From Ignavibacteriota bacterium (lineage in GTDB: Bacteria > Bacteroidota > Ignavibacteria > UBA10030 > CAVZMI01): a stretch of DNA of 64,000 nt. The stretch is from positions 224,001 through 288,000 of the forward strand of contig CAVZMI010000021.1 in NCBI GenBank assembly GCA_963776275.1, written 5' to 3'. Position 1 is the first letter of the stretch. Each line of letters opens with the position of its first letter. The position numbers and the translations under genes are program-made. Shown here piece by piece: positions 29,135-39,948 of this stretch. Under the pieces are notes generated by a model that saw only the letters and a list, made by a program, of their open reading frames with translations, searched no databases and was not told the DNA's origin.

Positions 29135-30397
29135 TCAGTACTTTGTAGTAAAATGCCAAAGCGGCCCCTTAATTGTATCCACCCCTGCTACCTCATCTAT
29201 CCGCCAGTAATATCTTGTCGCCGGTTCGAGCGTACCGGGATCGAAGTAGTTTTCGTTTTGATTCTTTTTAAACTCCGGTGATTTGGTTTTACCGAAATAG
29301 ATGTTATGCGAGTCGGCGTTTCGTGCCGGTATCCATTTCAGTATATTACCTTCTGTCGAGATGTGATACGATTTATCCCTCGGCTTCAATATAAGTACCG
29401 TTGGAAGAACTGCGGGCATCGTTTCTTCCGGATCCCACATTCCGGCGAATGTCCATTGTGCCGTTACATCGCTCTCTTTCGGCGATCCCTCTGCCGTTTC
29501 CAGATTATCTTTGAACCAATCAAAGTCGCCTCCCTCACGATGACAATTATAAAAATAATGCCGTGCACCCCATTTATACGGCCTCGGACTGGTCTTCGGC
29601 CGGTAGATCGGAGTGTCCGCCATCGTCCACGAGAATATACAATCGAGTAAATAAAACTGTCCGTCGAGATGATGACGTGCCAAAGGAAATTCCTGCACAC
29701 CGTCGAAGGAAGAATATCGTATGACGAACTTCTGACTTCTATCGACATCGCCATCGTGCCAGATGCTTGCACTGAGATTATGTCCGTAGAATTTGCTGTC
29801 GGTAATGTAGCACCAACCGCGCGGACAGACAAAATCAACCCAACCTTCGAAGTAACAGTTTGCGTGATAATACATACCGGCCGTTTTATTCCAGAGGCTG
29901 AGCGTGTCCCCGCCGTCGGCTATGACGTTGCAATTCAGGATGATAATGTGTGTGCCGCCACCGCGGATAGCGAACTGATGATCGTGATCGCCATACAGAT
30001 TGCCGTAATTATTATATACGGTCAGATTCGCCAGCATGATATTTGTGACAAGCGAATCGATGTTGATAGTTGCCGATCCATAGTCGGAGCCGTCATGTTC
30101 TTTCACCCAATTCTTCCGCAGTTCGGCATAGACGACTCTCGTACTGTCGCGATCTTCGCCGACAAGCGTTATATAGCTTCTGGTAATGTAAAGCTTTTCA
30201 TGATAAATCCCTTTTCGGATCAGGATGATGACGTTTTGATTGTTGTTCTGAGGGACCGAGTTGATGGCGTCCTGAATATTTGTGAATTGGCCGGTTCCAT
30301 CCCGGGCGACGATAATATTGGCTTTTTCGATGGCGAAAACTTGCGGGGAGAATAAAAGCCAAAGATTTGCATTGAAAATGATGAATAAGCGATTCAT
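29135..30397 (-). CDS. Pectin methylesterase (CE8)
   Basis: VARDGTGQFTNIQDAI, GIYHEK, GGDTL, EGWVDF; small C-terminal Fn3-like module. Confidence 0.88.
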   Translation of the reverse strand: MNRLFIIFNANLWLLFSPQVFAIEKANIIVARDGTGQFTNIQDAINSVPQNNNQNVIILIRKGIYHEKLYITRSYITLVGEDRDSTRVVYAELRKNWVKEHDGSDYGSATINIDSLVTNIMLANLTVYNNYGNLYGDHDHQFAIRGGGTHIIILNCNVIADGGDTLSLWNKTAGMYYHANCYFEGWVDFVCPRGWCYITDSKFYGHNLSASIWHDGDVDRSQKFVIRYSSFDGVQEFPLARHHLDGQFYLLDCIFSWTMADTPIYRPKTSPRPYKWGARHYFYNCHREGGDFDWFKDNLETAEGSPKESDVTAQWTFAGMWDPEETMPAVLPTVLILKPRDKSYHISTEGNILKWIPARNADSHNIYFGKTKSPEFKKNQNENYFDPGTLEPATRYYWRIDEVAGVDTIKGPLWHFTTKY

Positions 30398-30451
30398 AAT
30401 TTTTAATGTGACTGAAGGGGATCTTTCAATACACATTGCTAAGTTTAAATA

Positions 30452-30586
30452 TAACCACAAAGTTCACAGGGGACTGATATGAATCTGTTGAAGAGGACAC
30501 AGAGTTTGGGGGTACTATCTTCTTATATTCTTCTTTGTGTACTCATAAATAGCATTTTAAGATGTACTCAGTGTCCTTTGTGGTTA
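30452..30586. repeat. MITE-like element
   Basis: Perfect 11-bp terminal IR TAACCACAAAG/CTTTGTGGTTA; inner GAGGACACAGAG/CTTTGTGTACTC. Confidence 0.72.
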
Positions 30587-30618
30587 ACCCAGCAGCCATC
30601 GACAAAAGAAAAGTCGAA

Positions 30619-32160
30619 CTACTGCTTCCCGACGATAGGATCGATGTGGCGACGGAAATGCTTCACGAGATACTGATAATGAACATCCTCATGATCCCGG
30701 AGACATTTCATGATTCTATCCTTGAAGAGATAATTCCCCCTTTCATCTTTCTTAGAAAGAATTGACCCAAACGTTACGTGCAGAATCTGCCGGGCATTAT
30801 CATCCGAGAGGAGTCCTGACAACTCTGCTTCTGAATAATCTTTTGTCGGGCGCATCCGGTTTACATCAGCAGTAACGTGATACGATTTGCGGTCGTTATC
30901 GTAGTTGGCACGTGCACAGTCGAGAATTTCCCGGAACAGCGCCGGATCGGAAGCGCCGATGGTCCGAAGCGCTTCAAGCCAGCTGGTACCGGCTGTTTTT
31001 ACATGAACTTTGCCAAACCCGGTCGAACCGACAATTTTATAGACATCGAATTTATCGCTGCCCGAATGTATGCTGATTTTGTACGGACCTAGTTTTTCTG
31101 CTATCTGCATATGCTGGATATACTCTTCTTTGAATCTCTTCAGATCGCCTTTGTATTCAATTCCCTTTTCAAAGTCACCGATAAAGCGCGGTGCCAGACT
31201 CATCAGCTTTATGCCAAGCCGTTTAAGTTCGTTTGCGATGACAAAATGTTCCAGCGGTGATGTCGGCGTATCGGTTTCATCGACTGATAGTTCAATCTCG
31301 GCCTGCTGTTTCGACCAATGCGTTTTAAGATAATTTACCAGCTTCACCGTTTGCACAATACCCGCGCCGTACTTTACCATCGATCGAAGTATGTCTTCCT
31401 CCATTGGTCGAATGACAAATCCTTTTGCAATTTCGAATTTCTTCCCCTTATATCGCTTGAGGCAAGCTTCGAGTGTATCGTCAAGGAGAGCCCACGGCAA
31501 TACAGCGGCACGCTGTCGAATATCTTCCGCCGACAGCCTGGCAGCTACGTTCACTACATATAAACCGATATCGAGTGTGAACATGGTGAATCCCGCCTTT
31601 GCATAGCGATCTATATCCTCGGGAGTTTTAAGATGATCGCCATCGGCGCCGAAACCGTCTTTGTATCCTTCCTGAAATACCGCCCATGTTGCCGCATTCA
31701 TCACATCTTCGGCTTCACGCTTGGTTCGTTCCAGCTCCCGGACCGACTGCTGAGCTAGAACCGGTTTAAGGCCGCTACCGACTACCGCACGGATATGTCC
31801 GGCGTTCGCGAGTCCCAGCCGATCTCCACATCCGATCGAATTCTGTTGACCAATCAATTCCGGTTTCGTAAAGGCAAATATGTTTCGCAGCGCACCGGCA
31901 TTTGTATGATTCAATGGACATCGTTTCATGCTCTCGTTCTCGACCCATTCGAACTGACGTGCAATATCGCCTCCTGTAATCCAGAGAGCTTTTCCGGCAG
32001 CGTCCTTACCTATGAAAAGATAATTATCCTGAATTTTATTTACAGACTTCGGGTAGATCTTTATATCTACACCTGTTATAGATGCTAAGGTGCAGAATGC
32101 ATTATTGGGATCCGGATCGCTCACACAAAGGTCCAGTAGATCTTTCACGGCTGGTGTCAT
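30619..32160 (-). CDS. uxaE: Tagaturonate/fructuronate epimerase
   Basis: GCGDRLGLA, LAQQSVRE, GADGDHLK, ELSVDET, LAPRFIGDFEKG, HSGSDKF, HVKTAGTSWLEA, RQILHVTFG. Confidence 0.93.
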   Translation of the reverse strand: MTPAVKDLLDLCVSDPDPNNAFCTLASITGVDIKIYPKSVNKIQDNYLFIGKDAAGKALWITGGDIARQFEWVENESMKRCPLNHTNAGALRNIFAFTKPELIGQQNSIGCGDRLGLANAGHIRAVVGSGLKPVLAQQSVRELERTKREAEDVMNAATWAVFQEGYKDGFGADGDHLKTPEDIDRYAKAGFTMFTLDIGLYVVNVAARLSAEDIRQRAAVLPWALLDDTLEACLKRYKGKKFEIAKGFVIRPMEEDILRSMVKYGAGIVQTVKLVNYLKTHWSKQQAEIELSVDETDTPTSPLEHFVIANELKRLGIKLMSLAPRFIGDFEKGIEYKGDLKRFKEEYIQHMQIAEKLGPYKISIHSGSDKFDVYKIVGSTGFGKVHVKTAGTSWLEALRTIGASDPALFREILDCARANYDNDRKSYHVTADVNRMRPTKDYSEAELSGLLSDDNARQILHVTFGSILSKKDERGNYLFKDRIMKCLRDHEDVHYQYLVKHFRRHIDPIVGKQ

Positions 32161-32334
32161 GGGCTTGGTTTTCCTTATTTAGTAATGGAACAATTCAGTA
32201 TATTGCGTTAATTGGATCCGAAAACTTCAAAACACTTTGCCATTTAAGCTTTTCTATAACAGGCCGCTCCCCACGGGTCGTAGACCTACGGGATTAAAGA
32301 GAGTTCAATCTCTTTTCGGGTTCCGATCCACCGT

Positions 32335-34329
32335 CTACCGAATCAACGATTTCGCATTCTCCAATAGCCACTGAAAGAGATTCCTTCCGGCTTTGCTGTT
32401 CTCATACTCGGCCGGCAGCCTGCGTGTATCCATATATTCATTATAGAGCCAGGGATCGCCTATGGCGAATACCAGTCCTTTACCGAGGCGGGCAGCAGCC
32501 ATCAGGACAAGTCCGTTCTCTGTGAGAACCGGTTCGGCAGGTTTCTCGATTCGCAGCGAACTGACCTCCTTTATAAATATCTGTTTCACATTCTTGAAAA
32601 TCGGATGCGTCGGCAGATTATCACTCTTTCCCATCGAATAATCATTATTCACTACCGCGTGATACTTGTCTTCAGCAAAATGAATTCCGAACCGTTCCGC
32701 CAGCCGGTTAAAATGCTCGAACTCCGCATTTCCTTTATCATTCCCCATCAACACCAATACACCACCCGACTCGACCCAGGGGACCATCACGTCGATTGAT
32801 TCTTCGGTAATATAATTTGGTTTTTCGGTTTCTGCAGGAGTATCCGGATCGACAATAATATAGACGCTGTAATTTTTCAGGTCGTTCTCGGTCGGTGCAC
32901 GACGTACTGCGACAATATCGGCACCTAGTTTACTGATGATGGCGCCAAGTTGAGAAAATCCGGAATCTGTTGTGTCCTCCCACACGTAATGAAACTGAAC
33001 TCTATTTAAATCGACAATTCTCCACTCACAATTGAAGAAATAATCAAGGGCAACTATTTTTCCCGATCCGATCAGAGTGTCCATGCTGTACTTCTGGATT
33101 TGATTCGAACCTTTGGTCATATCCATTGTTTGGGTCTGTTCCAATTCGATTGCCGCAAGCAGAAACGGACCGTATCCCTTGAAGTCATCCGTGCGCTGTG
33201 GTTCGCCGAGGTAGTACGCCACACTCCCATCGCGATACGGATTGCCGCCCAATCCGCCGACGCTGCATATATGTTCCAGATGTACAATCCCTGAGGAGTC
33301 GATGGAGACCAGATGATCGATTATTCCTTCAAACGTCGTCTTTGCCCACCCCAGAAATTCATAGGGCAAATATCCGCGGTTCGCTCCCTTCGCATATACA
33401 TATGCAAACATCGATGAGACTGATGCTTCCAGATAATTTCCTTTTTCGTCGGGTTTATCCACCACCTGATACCAGAGTCTCGATTTTCCATCAAGTTGTC
33501 TGAGCATACTGGCAGCAAGGTTATTTAATATTTTTAAAAGCTCTTTTCGCTTCGGATGTTGTACGGGAAAATAATCCAGAACATCCACCAATCCCATTGC
33601 ATACCAGCCGAGCGGTCGTCCCCATAGGTTCGGCGAGCAGCCGGTCTGCGGATTTGCCCAGCGCTGTTGTTTGCTCTCATCCCAGCCATGAAAATACAAG
33701 CCCGTGCGTTCGTCATAACAATGTTGTGCGATGAGCAGAAATTGTTTTGCGATGTCATCAAATGCAGCGGTGTCTTTGAACATTACAGAGTAGAGCGTGT
33801 AAAACGGTTCTGCCATATATAATCCATCCGTCCACATCTGGTACGGATAGATTTTTTTATGCCAGAAACCGCCGTCATTTGTGCGGGGTTGTTCTGCAAG
33901 TTGACGCCTCAGTATTTCGGCAGCTTTTTTATACTTTGCATCGTGAGTGATATCGTACATTCTTAGAACAGCTTTACCGGGCGCGATGTTGTCAAGCTGA
34001 TATTCTCCAAAGTTATAAGTAAGAATGGCCCCATTACTGATAATATAATGATCAAGATTTTTTTTGATGTAGTATATATACTGACTGTCGCCGCTATGCC
34101 GCCACATTTGATACATTGCTTCAAGCATCAGACCCTGCTCATAATTCCATTTTTGGGATTTAGCTTCAGTGGGATAGATAATGGAATCGGGGTGCATGGC
34201 CAGAAAGCTCTGGGCGATACGCGCCGACCAGGGAATGACTGTCTCTTTCGACGTTCGTTGAGCAGACCCGGCGCAGCCTGATAAAACCAGGAGAAAAGCC
34301 ATATATTTCAATAATCGCTGCATTATCAC
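32335..34329 (-). CDS. GH105 unsaturated rhamnogalacturonyl hydrolase fused to a DUF4350-like domain; lipoprotein
   Basis: Lipobox LSGC; WNYEQG, GGFWHKKIYPYQMW.DGLYMA, HGWDE, GGLGG; C-terminal YIIVDPDT, GDPWLYNEY. Confidence 0.9.
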   Translation of the reverse strand: MIMQRLLKYMAFLLVLSGCAGSAQRTSKETVIPWSARIAQSFLAMHPDSIIYPTEAKSQKWNYEQGLMLEAMYQMWRHSGDSQYIYYIKKNLDHYIISNGAILTYNFGEYQLDNIAPGKAVLRMYDITHDAKYKKAAEILRRQLAEQPRTNDGGFWHKKIYPYQMWTDGLYMAEPFYTLYSVMFKDTAAFDDIAKQFLLIAQHCYDERTGLYFHGWDESKQQRWANPQTGCSPNLWGRPLGWYAMGLVDVLDYFPVQHPKRKELLKILNNLAASMLRQLDGKSRLWYQVVDKPDEKGNYLEASVSSMFAYVYAKGANRGYLPYEFLGWAKTTFEGIIDHLVSIDSSGIVHLEHICSVGGLGGNPYRDGSVAYYLGEPQRTDDFKGYGPFLLAAIELEQTQTMDMTKGSNQIQKYSMDTLIGSGKIVALDYFFNCEWRIVDLNRVQFHYVWEDTTDSGFSQLGAIISKLGADIVAVRRAPTENDLKNYSVYIIVDPDTPAETEKPNYITEESIDVMVPWVESGGVLVLMGNDKGNAEFEHFNRLAERFGIHFAEDKYHAVVNNDYSMGKSDNLPTHPIFKNVKQIFIKEVSSLRIEKPAEPVLTENGLVLMAAARLGKGLVFAIGDPWLYNEYMDTRRLPAEYENSKAGRNLFQWLLENAKSLIR

Positions 34330-34332
34330 CCC

Positions 34333-35727
34333 TTACTTACTGTTGATTTTCACATCGATTAAATCGAGATTCTTTACATTCTCAATCACGTTCGGTTCTG
34401 CAACATTATTAAACGTACAACTTTCAATATGGATATTTTCCGCCGGTGACCGGCTATACGCGCGTATCCATACTCCAAATTTACTTTTTTCGCTTTCAAT
34501 ATTTTTAACTTCAATATTCCTCACGATGGGTGTAAAACTCCCACTGTCTCCCTCTTCATAATAAAAATCGATTTTCACTACAGCTTCGGAAACCTCTCCG
34601 ACTTTTATATTTCTCATGAAAACATTTTCGACCACTCCGCCGCGCATTGCATTTGTTTTTATACGTAATACCCGGTCCAGGTTCGGACTATCCATCGTAT
34701 CGTCCTCCGCATACACATTTCTCACGCCGCCCGACATTTCACTGCCGATCACAACGCCTCCGTGGCCATCTTTCATCCTGCAACCCTGAACGATGATATT
34801 CTCACACGGCATATTCACGCGTCTGCCGTCGGCATTTCTTCCGGATTTGATCGCGATACAATCGTCACCGTTGTTAAAAAAACAATTCTTGATTAAAACA
34901 TCCGTACATGATTCAGGGTCACAGCCGTCGTTGTTGGGGCCGAGTCCTTCAACTGTCACCCCAATAATTGATACATTCTGACACAACACGGGATTGATGA
35001 ACCACATTGGAGAATTTTTTAAAGTGACACCCTCGAGCAGTACATTCCTGCATTTGTACGGTACGAAGTAATTCGGACGCAGGAAGAATCCTTCGCCGAA
35101 CACCCGTTCTGCAACGGGCACTCCGCTCTCACCCATATCGAACAATTTTTCCCTTGCATCGTACTGATCCGGTTTGCCCGGTTCCCAACCGTATTCCTTT
35201 TTTCCCTTCCAGCTCCACCAGTTATCGTTTGCTCCCTGACCATCAAGGACACCCTCACCGGTGACTGCAATATTTTCCTGTTCATAGGAATAGATAAGCG
35301 GTGAGTAATTCATACACTCAACGCCTTCCCAACGTGTAAACACGACAGGGAGATATTTTTTCGGGTCAACACTGAACCGGATTGTTGCATTTTTCGAGAT
35401 ATATAAATTGACATTGCTTTTCAGGTGGATGGCTCCGGTAAGAAAAGTCCCTTTTGGCACGACGACTCTGCCGCCGCCCGATGCATTGCATTTCTCTATG
35501 GCTTTTCTGAATGCCCTGCTGCAATCGGTTTTTCCATTGCCGACAGCCCCGAATTTTGTCACGATAAAGTCCTTATCGGGGAATGCAGGTGGGAAGATAC
35601 GTTTTAAAATTGAGGGTACGGCGTCCCAGCCCTGTGGATCGGATGGATTTTGCTGCGCGAACACAACTGATGCTGTAATAAAACAGAGCAATGAAATATA
35701 GAGCAGATTTGAATGGCCGACATTCAT
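34333..35727 (-). CDS. GH28 polygalacturonase
   Basis: NNDG, GDDCIAIKSG, GHGG, RIKT catalytic motifs; signal peptide. Confidence 0.95.
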   Translation of the reverse strand: MNVGHSNLLYISLLCFITASVVFAQQNPSDPQGWDAVPSILKRIFPPAFPDKDFIVTKFGAVGNGKTDCSRAFRKAIEKCNASGGGRVVVPKGTFLTGAIHLKSNVNLYISKNATIRFSVDPKKYLPVVFTRWEGVECMNYSPLIYSYEQENIAVTGEGVLDGQGANDNWWSWKGKKEYGWEPGKPDQYDAREKLFDMGESGVPVAERVFGEGFFLRPNYFVPYKCRNVLLEGVTLKNSPMWFINPVLCQNVSIIGVTVEGLGPNNDGCDPESCTDVLIKNCFFNNGDDCIAIKSGRNADGRRVNMPCENIIVQGCRMKDGHGGVVIGSEMSGGVRNVYAEDDTMDSPNLDRVLRIKTNAMRGGVVENVFMRNIKVGEVSEAVVKIDFYYEEGDSGSFTPIVRNIEVKNIESEKSKFGVWIRAYSRSPAENIHIESCTFNNVAEPNVIENVKNLDLIDVKINSK

Positions 35728-35789
35728 GGTTGCCAGTTTCTTTTATTTCTTACTCCGTGGATTTATGTATTGATGTAGCATTTGGTCTC

Positions 35790-35809
35790 CCCACGACTTA
35801 CGTCGTGGG
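35790..35809. repeat. REP-like hairpin related to the ends of the 19112 element
   Basis: CCCACGACTTACGTCGTGGG. Confidence 0.5.
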
Positions 35810-35886
35810 TTACATTCTATCTTCATTGCATTACTTAAGCTTTAAATCTTGCACTACTCCGTGGTTCTTTCTGATAAAGAGGGTTG

Positions 35887-38338
35887 CTATCTAATCAGCA
35901 CCATTTTCTTTATCTGCTGCTCGCCACCGCTTTCAAGAACGCTGAAATAGATACCTGACGGCAGGGATGCTGCATCAAATCGCACGAAAATTATTTTCCC
36001 CGGTTCAGCCTGACCCGAGAAAAGCGTCCTGATTTCCTGTCCGAGAATGTTCATTACTTTTAGTTTCGCAGTTCCTTCTTTCGCCACAGTGAAGCGGATG
36101 ATTGTGGTCGGATTGAACGGATTGGGATAATTCTGTAATAGTTGGAAATTAAAAATCTCTTGCCCATTCCCCACGGTGATGCCGTTCGGCACGGATGATT
36201 CAAAGCAACCTAAATCGGGCGCAGAACCGTTATATGCCAATCCGACATCCGTTCCCTGATCGATAAGCGAACTGCCCGTAGCAAGATGCAAGAAGTTGAC
36301 GTTCCGGAAGACTGCCATCGGCTTTTCTTGAACCGCGGACACCGGCTGTATCGAGAGTGATGAAATCTTCAGCGGTCACATTGAAAGGACTTAACCAACT
36401 GTTCGTTTGTTGTATCGCATAAGTACCAATAAGAGCTTGACCACCGAACGTAATGCAATTAATTACGGTCAAAGTGCTCCCATCTTTCAAACTGCCCGTG
36501 ATATTGTAATCTGTACCATTCCTATAGGCAGTACAGTTGAATAGAGTCATCGAACCCCTGTTATTGTTTTGATCAAAACCTTTCACTCGGTTATCAAATG
36601 AAAGGCAATTTTTCAGAATCATATTATGACGCAAATTTTGTATATTACTGCTATCACCACCGCCCATTTTGAATCCATTTCCATTTCCAGAGCTTCCACT
36701 CCCATTTTTAAGAAAACCGTTGTTAAAGCACCAACTGTTTTCAATTACTGTTGTTACATTATCGGATGGCCGTAAATATCCATCCCAACCGTCGTCCGAA
36801 TTCTGCCACGATCTGCAGCCGTAAAAGTAATTTCCCATACCGACATCAAGCTTCGGTGCAAAACCGTCGGCATTTTTTTGACCTGCATCTGCATTATAAT
36901 ATGAATCACAATTGATGATCCGGTTGTTCGATGCCCCGTTGCTGAGTTGAAGTCCCGTGTCGTAGTTTTCATAGAACGCACAAAATTCTATTATATTATT
37001 CGAGCCACTGAGAATCATACCGTTATCACCGGCTCTGTAAATATCCAAACCCTTGATGTGCCAGTAACTACCTGAAAGATCAACGCCCCTGTTACTGCTG
37101 CCCACTGCCATCGAAGAAAAATCCAGAACAGGACGTTCACCGGGGTAGGCGAACAGATAATACCTGCTGATACTTGTACCGTTTTTCGAGATTCCGATTT
37201 TTGCGCTCAGCATATAGCGGCCGCCGCGGACAAAGATCGAATCGCCGGGCTGGGCAAACGATATTGCCCTTGGAATTGTCTTGAAAGGTAATTCATATGA
37301 ACCCGGATTTGTATCGAGTCCGTCCGGTGATACATAAAAACCGAGCACGACGTCCGGTGCCACGCCTTCACCTGTGACCGTAACATTCTGTGCTGCAACT
37401 CCACCACCTGCATTCGTGATGATCCTGTTGTACTCGAGAATCGAGTCCGGTGCAAACTTCACATAGATTACAGTGCTGCTGAGAGTACCACCTGCATACT
37501 GAACATTAATAGAGACCGCATATCCCGATCCGCTTGTGGTTGATACTTCAAATCCTGCCGGAGCTGTTACTGTGATACTATCGGATTCCGGTGTCAGGTT
37601 GGTGCCCGAGAGCGAGTAGGACATTTCTTTCGATGCGCCTACGTGAACACTACCGAACGAAAGAGTGTCAGGGAAAATACTTATCGTCGGTGTTCCCGGT
37701 GCAACCGTGGTTCCGGAAATGACCACGTCGGTAAGACAAACATACTTCGTGGGACTTGGAGTAGAATTATACCATGGATAAATTCTTAGATAAAATTTCT
37801 GACCATCAACGACTGTCACACCCGGAGTATATGAAAGTGCCATCATTGCAACCGTCCGTATATCCGGTAATGTCAGAGAAGTGGGATTTAATTGGGTCCG
37901 TGTAATAAATGTAGAGTCGGTGGAGTAGTAGATGTTTGCAAATAGATGTCCGTTAGTTCCAAAGCAGCCAATATTAAGAACGATGGATTGGACGGTAAAA
38001 ATATAGCCTGGGGTGGGAAACACCGAGTATTGTATATATCGTGTACTATTCTCTGTGGTTTCTTCAGGCCAATATAGACTATTGCGCCAGATTCTCTCTG
38101 CAGCACCGACCGGCGAACCACTGGTACTGTCACCACCGATGAAGTCCCTGACAGACATCGTGTCCGACAGGATCTGAGGAGATGCCGTAATATTGCCAGA
38201 AATTATTGCTGTCGTATCCACAGTCAAGGCCCAGGTCGCTGACGCTGACTGTGTGTAGGCATTCAGTGTTAATACAAGGAAAGTGACCGGAACCTGAATG
38301 CAGAAGATTAACAACAAACGCTTCGACAAGATAACCAT
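35887..38338 (-). pseudogene. PL9 pectate lyase with T9SS CTD, frameshifted near 36304 (pseudogene or sequence error)
   Basis: NADGFAPK, NSDDGWD, GNGNGFKMGG, KGFDQNNN; reading continues in 35887-36342 (NFLHL...APDLGCFE...QNYPNPFNP). Confidence 0.85.
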
Positions 38339-38420
38339 CCCCTTACCTCACGATACAATGAAAAAAACCTCACCACGTTTTACAGTGGAGATTTTTAAGA
38401 TTGAAAACGGATGGATAGTG

Positions 38421-39875
38421 TTATACCGTATACGCCGATGAAGCTGTTTCGCCGCCGCGGCCTGTCCAGTTCGTATGGAAGAACTCGCCGCGCGGTTTAT
38501 CAACTCGTTCGTACATATGTGCCCCGAAGTAATCACGCTGGGCCTGTAGTAAATTCGCCGGCAGGCGCGAGTTTCGGAATCCATCATAGTAATTGAGTGC
38601 CGTTGCGGACGCCGGCACCCAGATTCCGTTCAACACTGCGGTTGAAATTACACGCCGCCATGCATCTTGTGACGCCTCGATTTTTTCTTTAAAGAATGGA
38701 TCGAGGAGGAGATTACTCAATGCCGTATTTTTGTCGAATGCTTCTTTTATCTTGCCCAGAAAAACGGAGCGAATGATGCATCCGCCGCGCCACAGGAGAG
38801 CAATGCCGCCATAATTCAAAGTCCATTTGTACTCTTCTGCTGCCGCGCGCATCAATGTAAAACCCTGTGCGTAGGAAACGAGTTTCGATGCATAGAGCGC
38901 TTTTTCGAGATCAGCGAGAAAGGCTTGTTTGTCGCCGTTGAACTTCGTTTTTGGACCGCTTAATACTTGTGAGGCTTTCACGCGCTCTTCTTTCATTGCG
39001 GAGAGACAGCGCGCATAGACAGCTTCACTGATCATTGTCAGTGGAACACCGAGATCCAGCGACGCGACGCTCGTCCATTTGCCGGTTCCTTTTTGACCGG
39101 CGGTGTCTAGAATTTTATCGACCAGCGGTTTTCCATCTGTATCTTTGAATGCAAGAATGTCACGCGTAATTTCGATGAGGTAGCTGTTGAGATCGCCTGT
39201 ATTCCATTTTTTAAATACTTCGTGCATTTCACCGGCGTTCATACCGAGCAATTCGTTCATGATTTGATATGCTTCGCAGATGAGCTGCATATCGCCGTAC
39301 TCGATTCCGTTATGAACCATTTTTACGAAATGTCCGGCACCGTCGCTGCCGACCCAATCGCAGCAGGGCGTTCCGTCGGCGACTTTTGCAGCGATGGACT
39401 GGAAAATCGGTTTGACGTGCGGCCAGGCACCCGGCGATCCTCCGGGCATTACCGATGGTCCGCGCAGCGCGCCTTCTTCTCCACCCGATACTCCCGTGCC
39501 GATAAATTGCATTCCTTTGCTCTCAAGATACTTTGTGCGGCGGATCGAATCGGGATAATGCGAGTTTCCGCCGTCGATGATAATATCTTCCTTTTCAAGA
39601 AGCGGAATTAGCTTTTCGATGAAATCATCGACTGCTTTCCCGGCTTTCACCATCAGCATAATCTTATGTGGGGTTTTAAGCGAGGCAACAAATTCTTTGA
39701 GCGAATGTGTGCCAATAATATTTTTCCCTTTTGCACGTCCCTGCACGAAGTTATCGACTTTTTCCACTGTCCGGTTGAATACTGCAACGGTGAACCCGTG
39801 ACTTTCCATGTTCAGCACAAGGTTCTCTCCCATCACTGCTAATCCTACCAATCCGATATCGGCTTTCTGTTCCAT
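38421..39875 (-). CDS. gnd: 6-phosphogluconate dehydrogenase (decarboxylating)
   Basis: GLAVMGENL, GVSGGEEGA, KMVHNGIEYGDMQ, GQKGTG, QAQRDYFGAH. Confidence 0.97.
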   Translation of the reverse strand: MEQKADIGLVGLAVMGENLVLNMESHGFTVAVFNRTVEKVDNFVQGRAKGKNIIGTHSLKEFVASLKTPHKIMLMVKAGKAVDDFIEKLIPLLEKEDIIIDGGNSHYPDSIRRTKYLESKGMQFIGTGVSGGEEGALRGPSVMPGGSPGAWPHVKPIFQSIAAKVADGTPCCDWVGSDGAGHFVKMVHNGIEYGDMQLICEAYQIMNELLGMNAGEMHEVFKKWNTGDLNSYLIEITRDILAFKDTDGKPLVDKILDTAGQKGTGKWTSVASLDLGVPLTMISEAVYARCLSAMKEERVKASQVLSGPKTKFNGDKQAFLADLEKALYASKLVSYAQGFTLMRAAAEEYKWTLNYGGIALLWRGGCIIRSVFLGKIKEAFDKNTALSNLLLDPFFKEKIEASQDAWRRVISTAVLNGIWVPASATALNYYDGFRNSRLPANLLQAQRDYFGAHMYERVDKPRGEFFHTNWTGRGGETASSAYTV

Positions 39876-39948
39876 TCTTATTTTCCCTATGTTAGGTTGT
39901 TGATGGTGTATTCTATGTTCTTCCATTAATGAATTAGCTGCACGATGG

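Noticed and set aside
29669-30355. 228-aa plus-strand ORF and the many other short overlapping ORFs in the track
   Set aside because: Antisense or out-of-frame shadows of well-supported genes, with no motifs.
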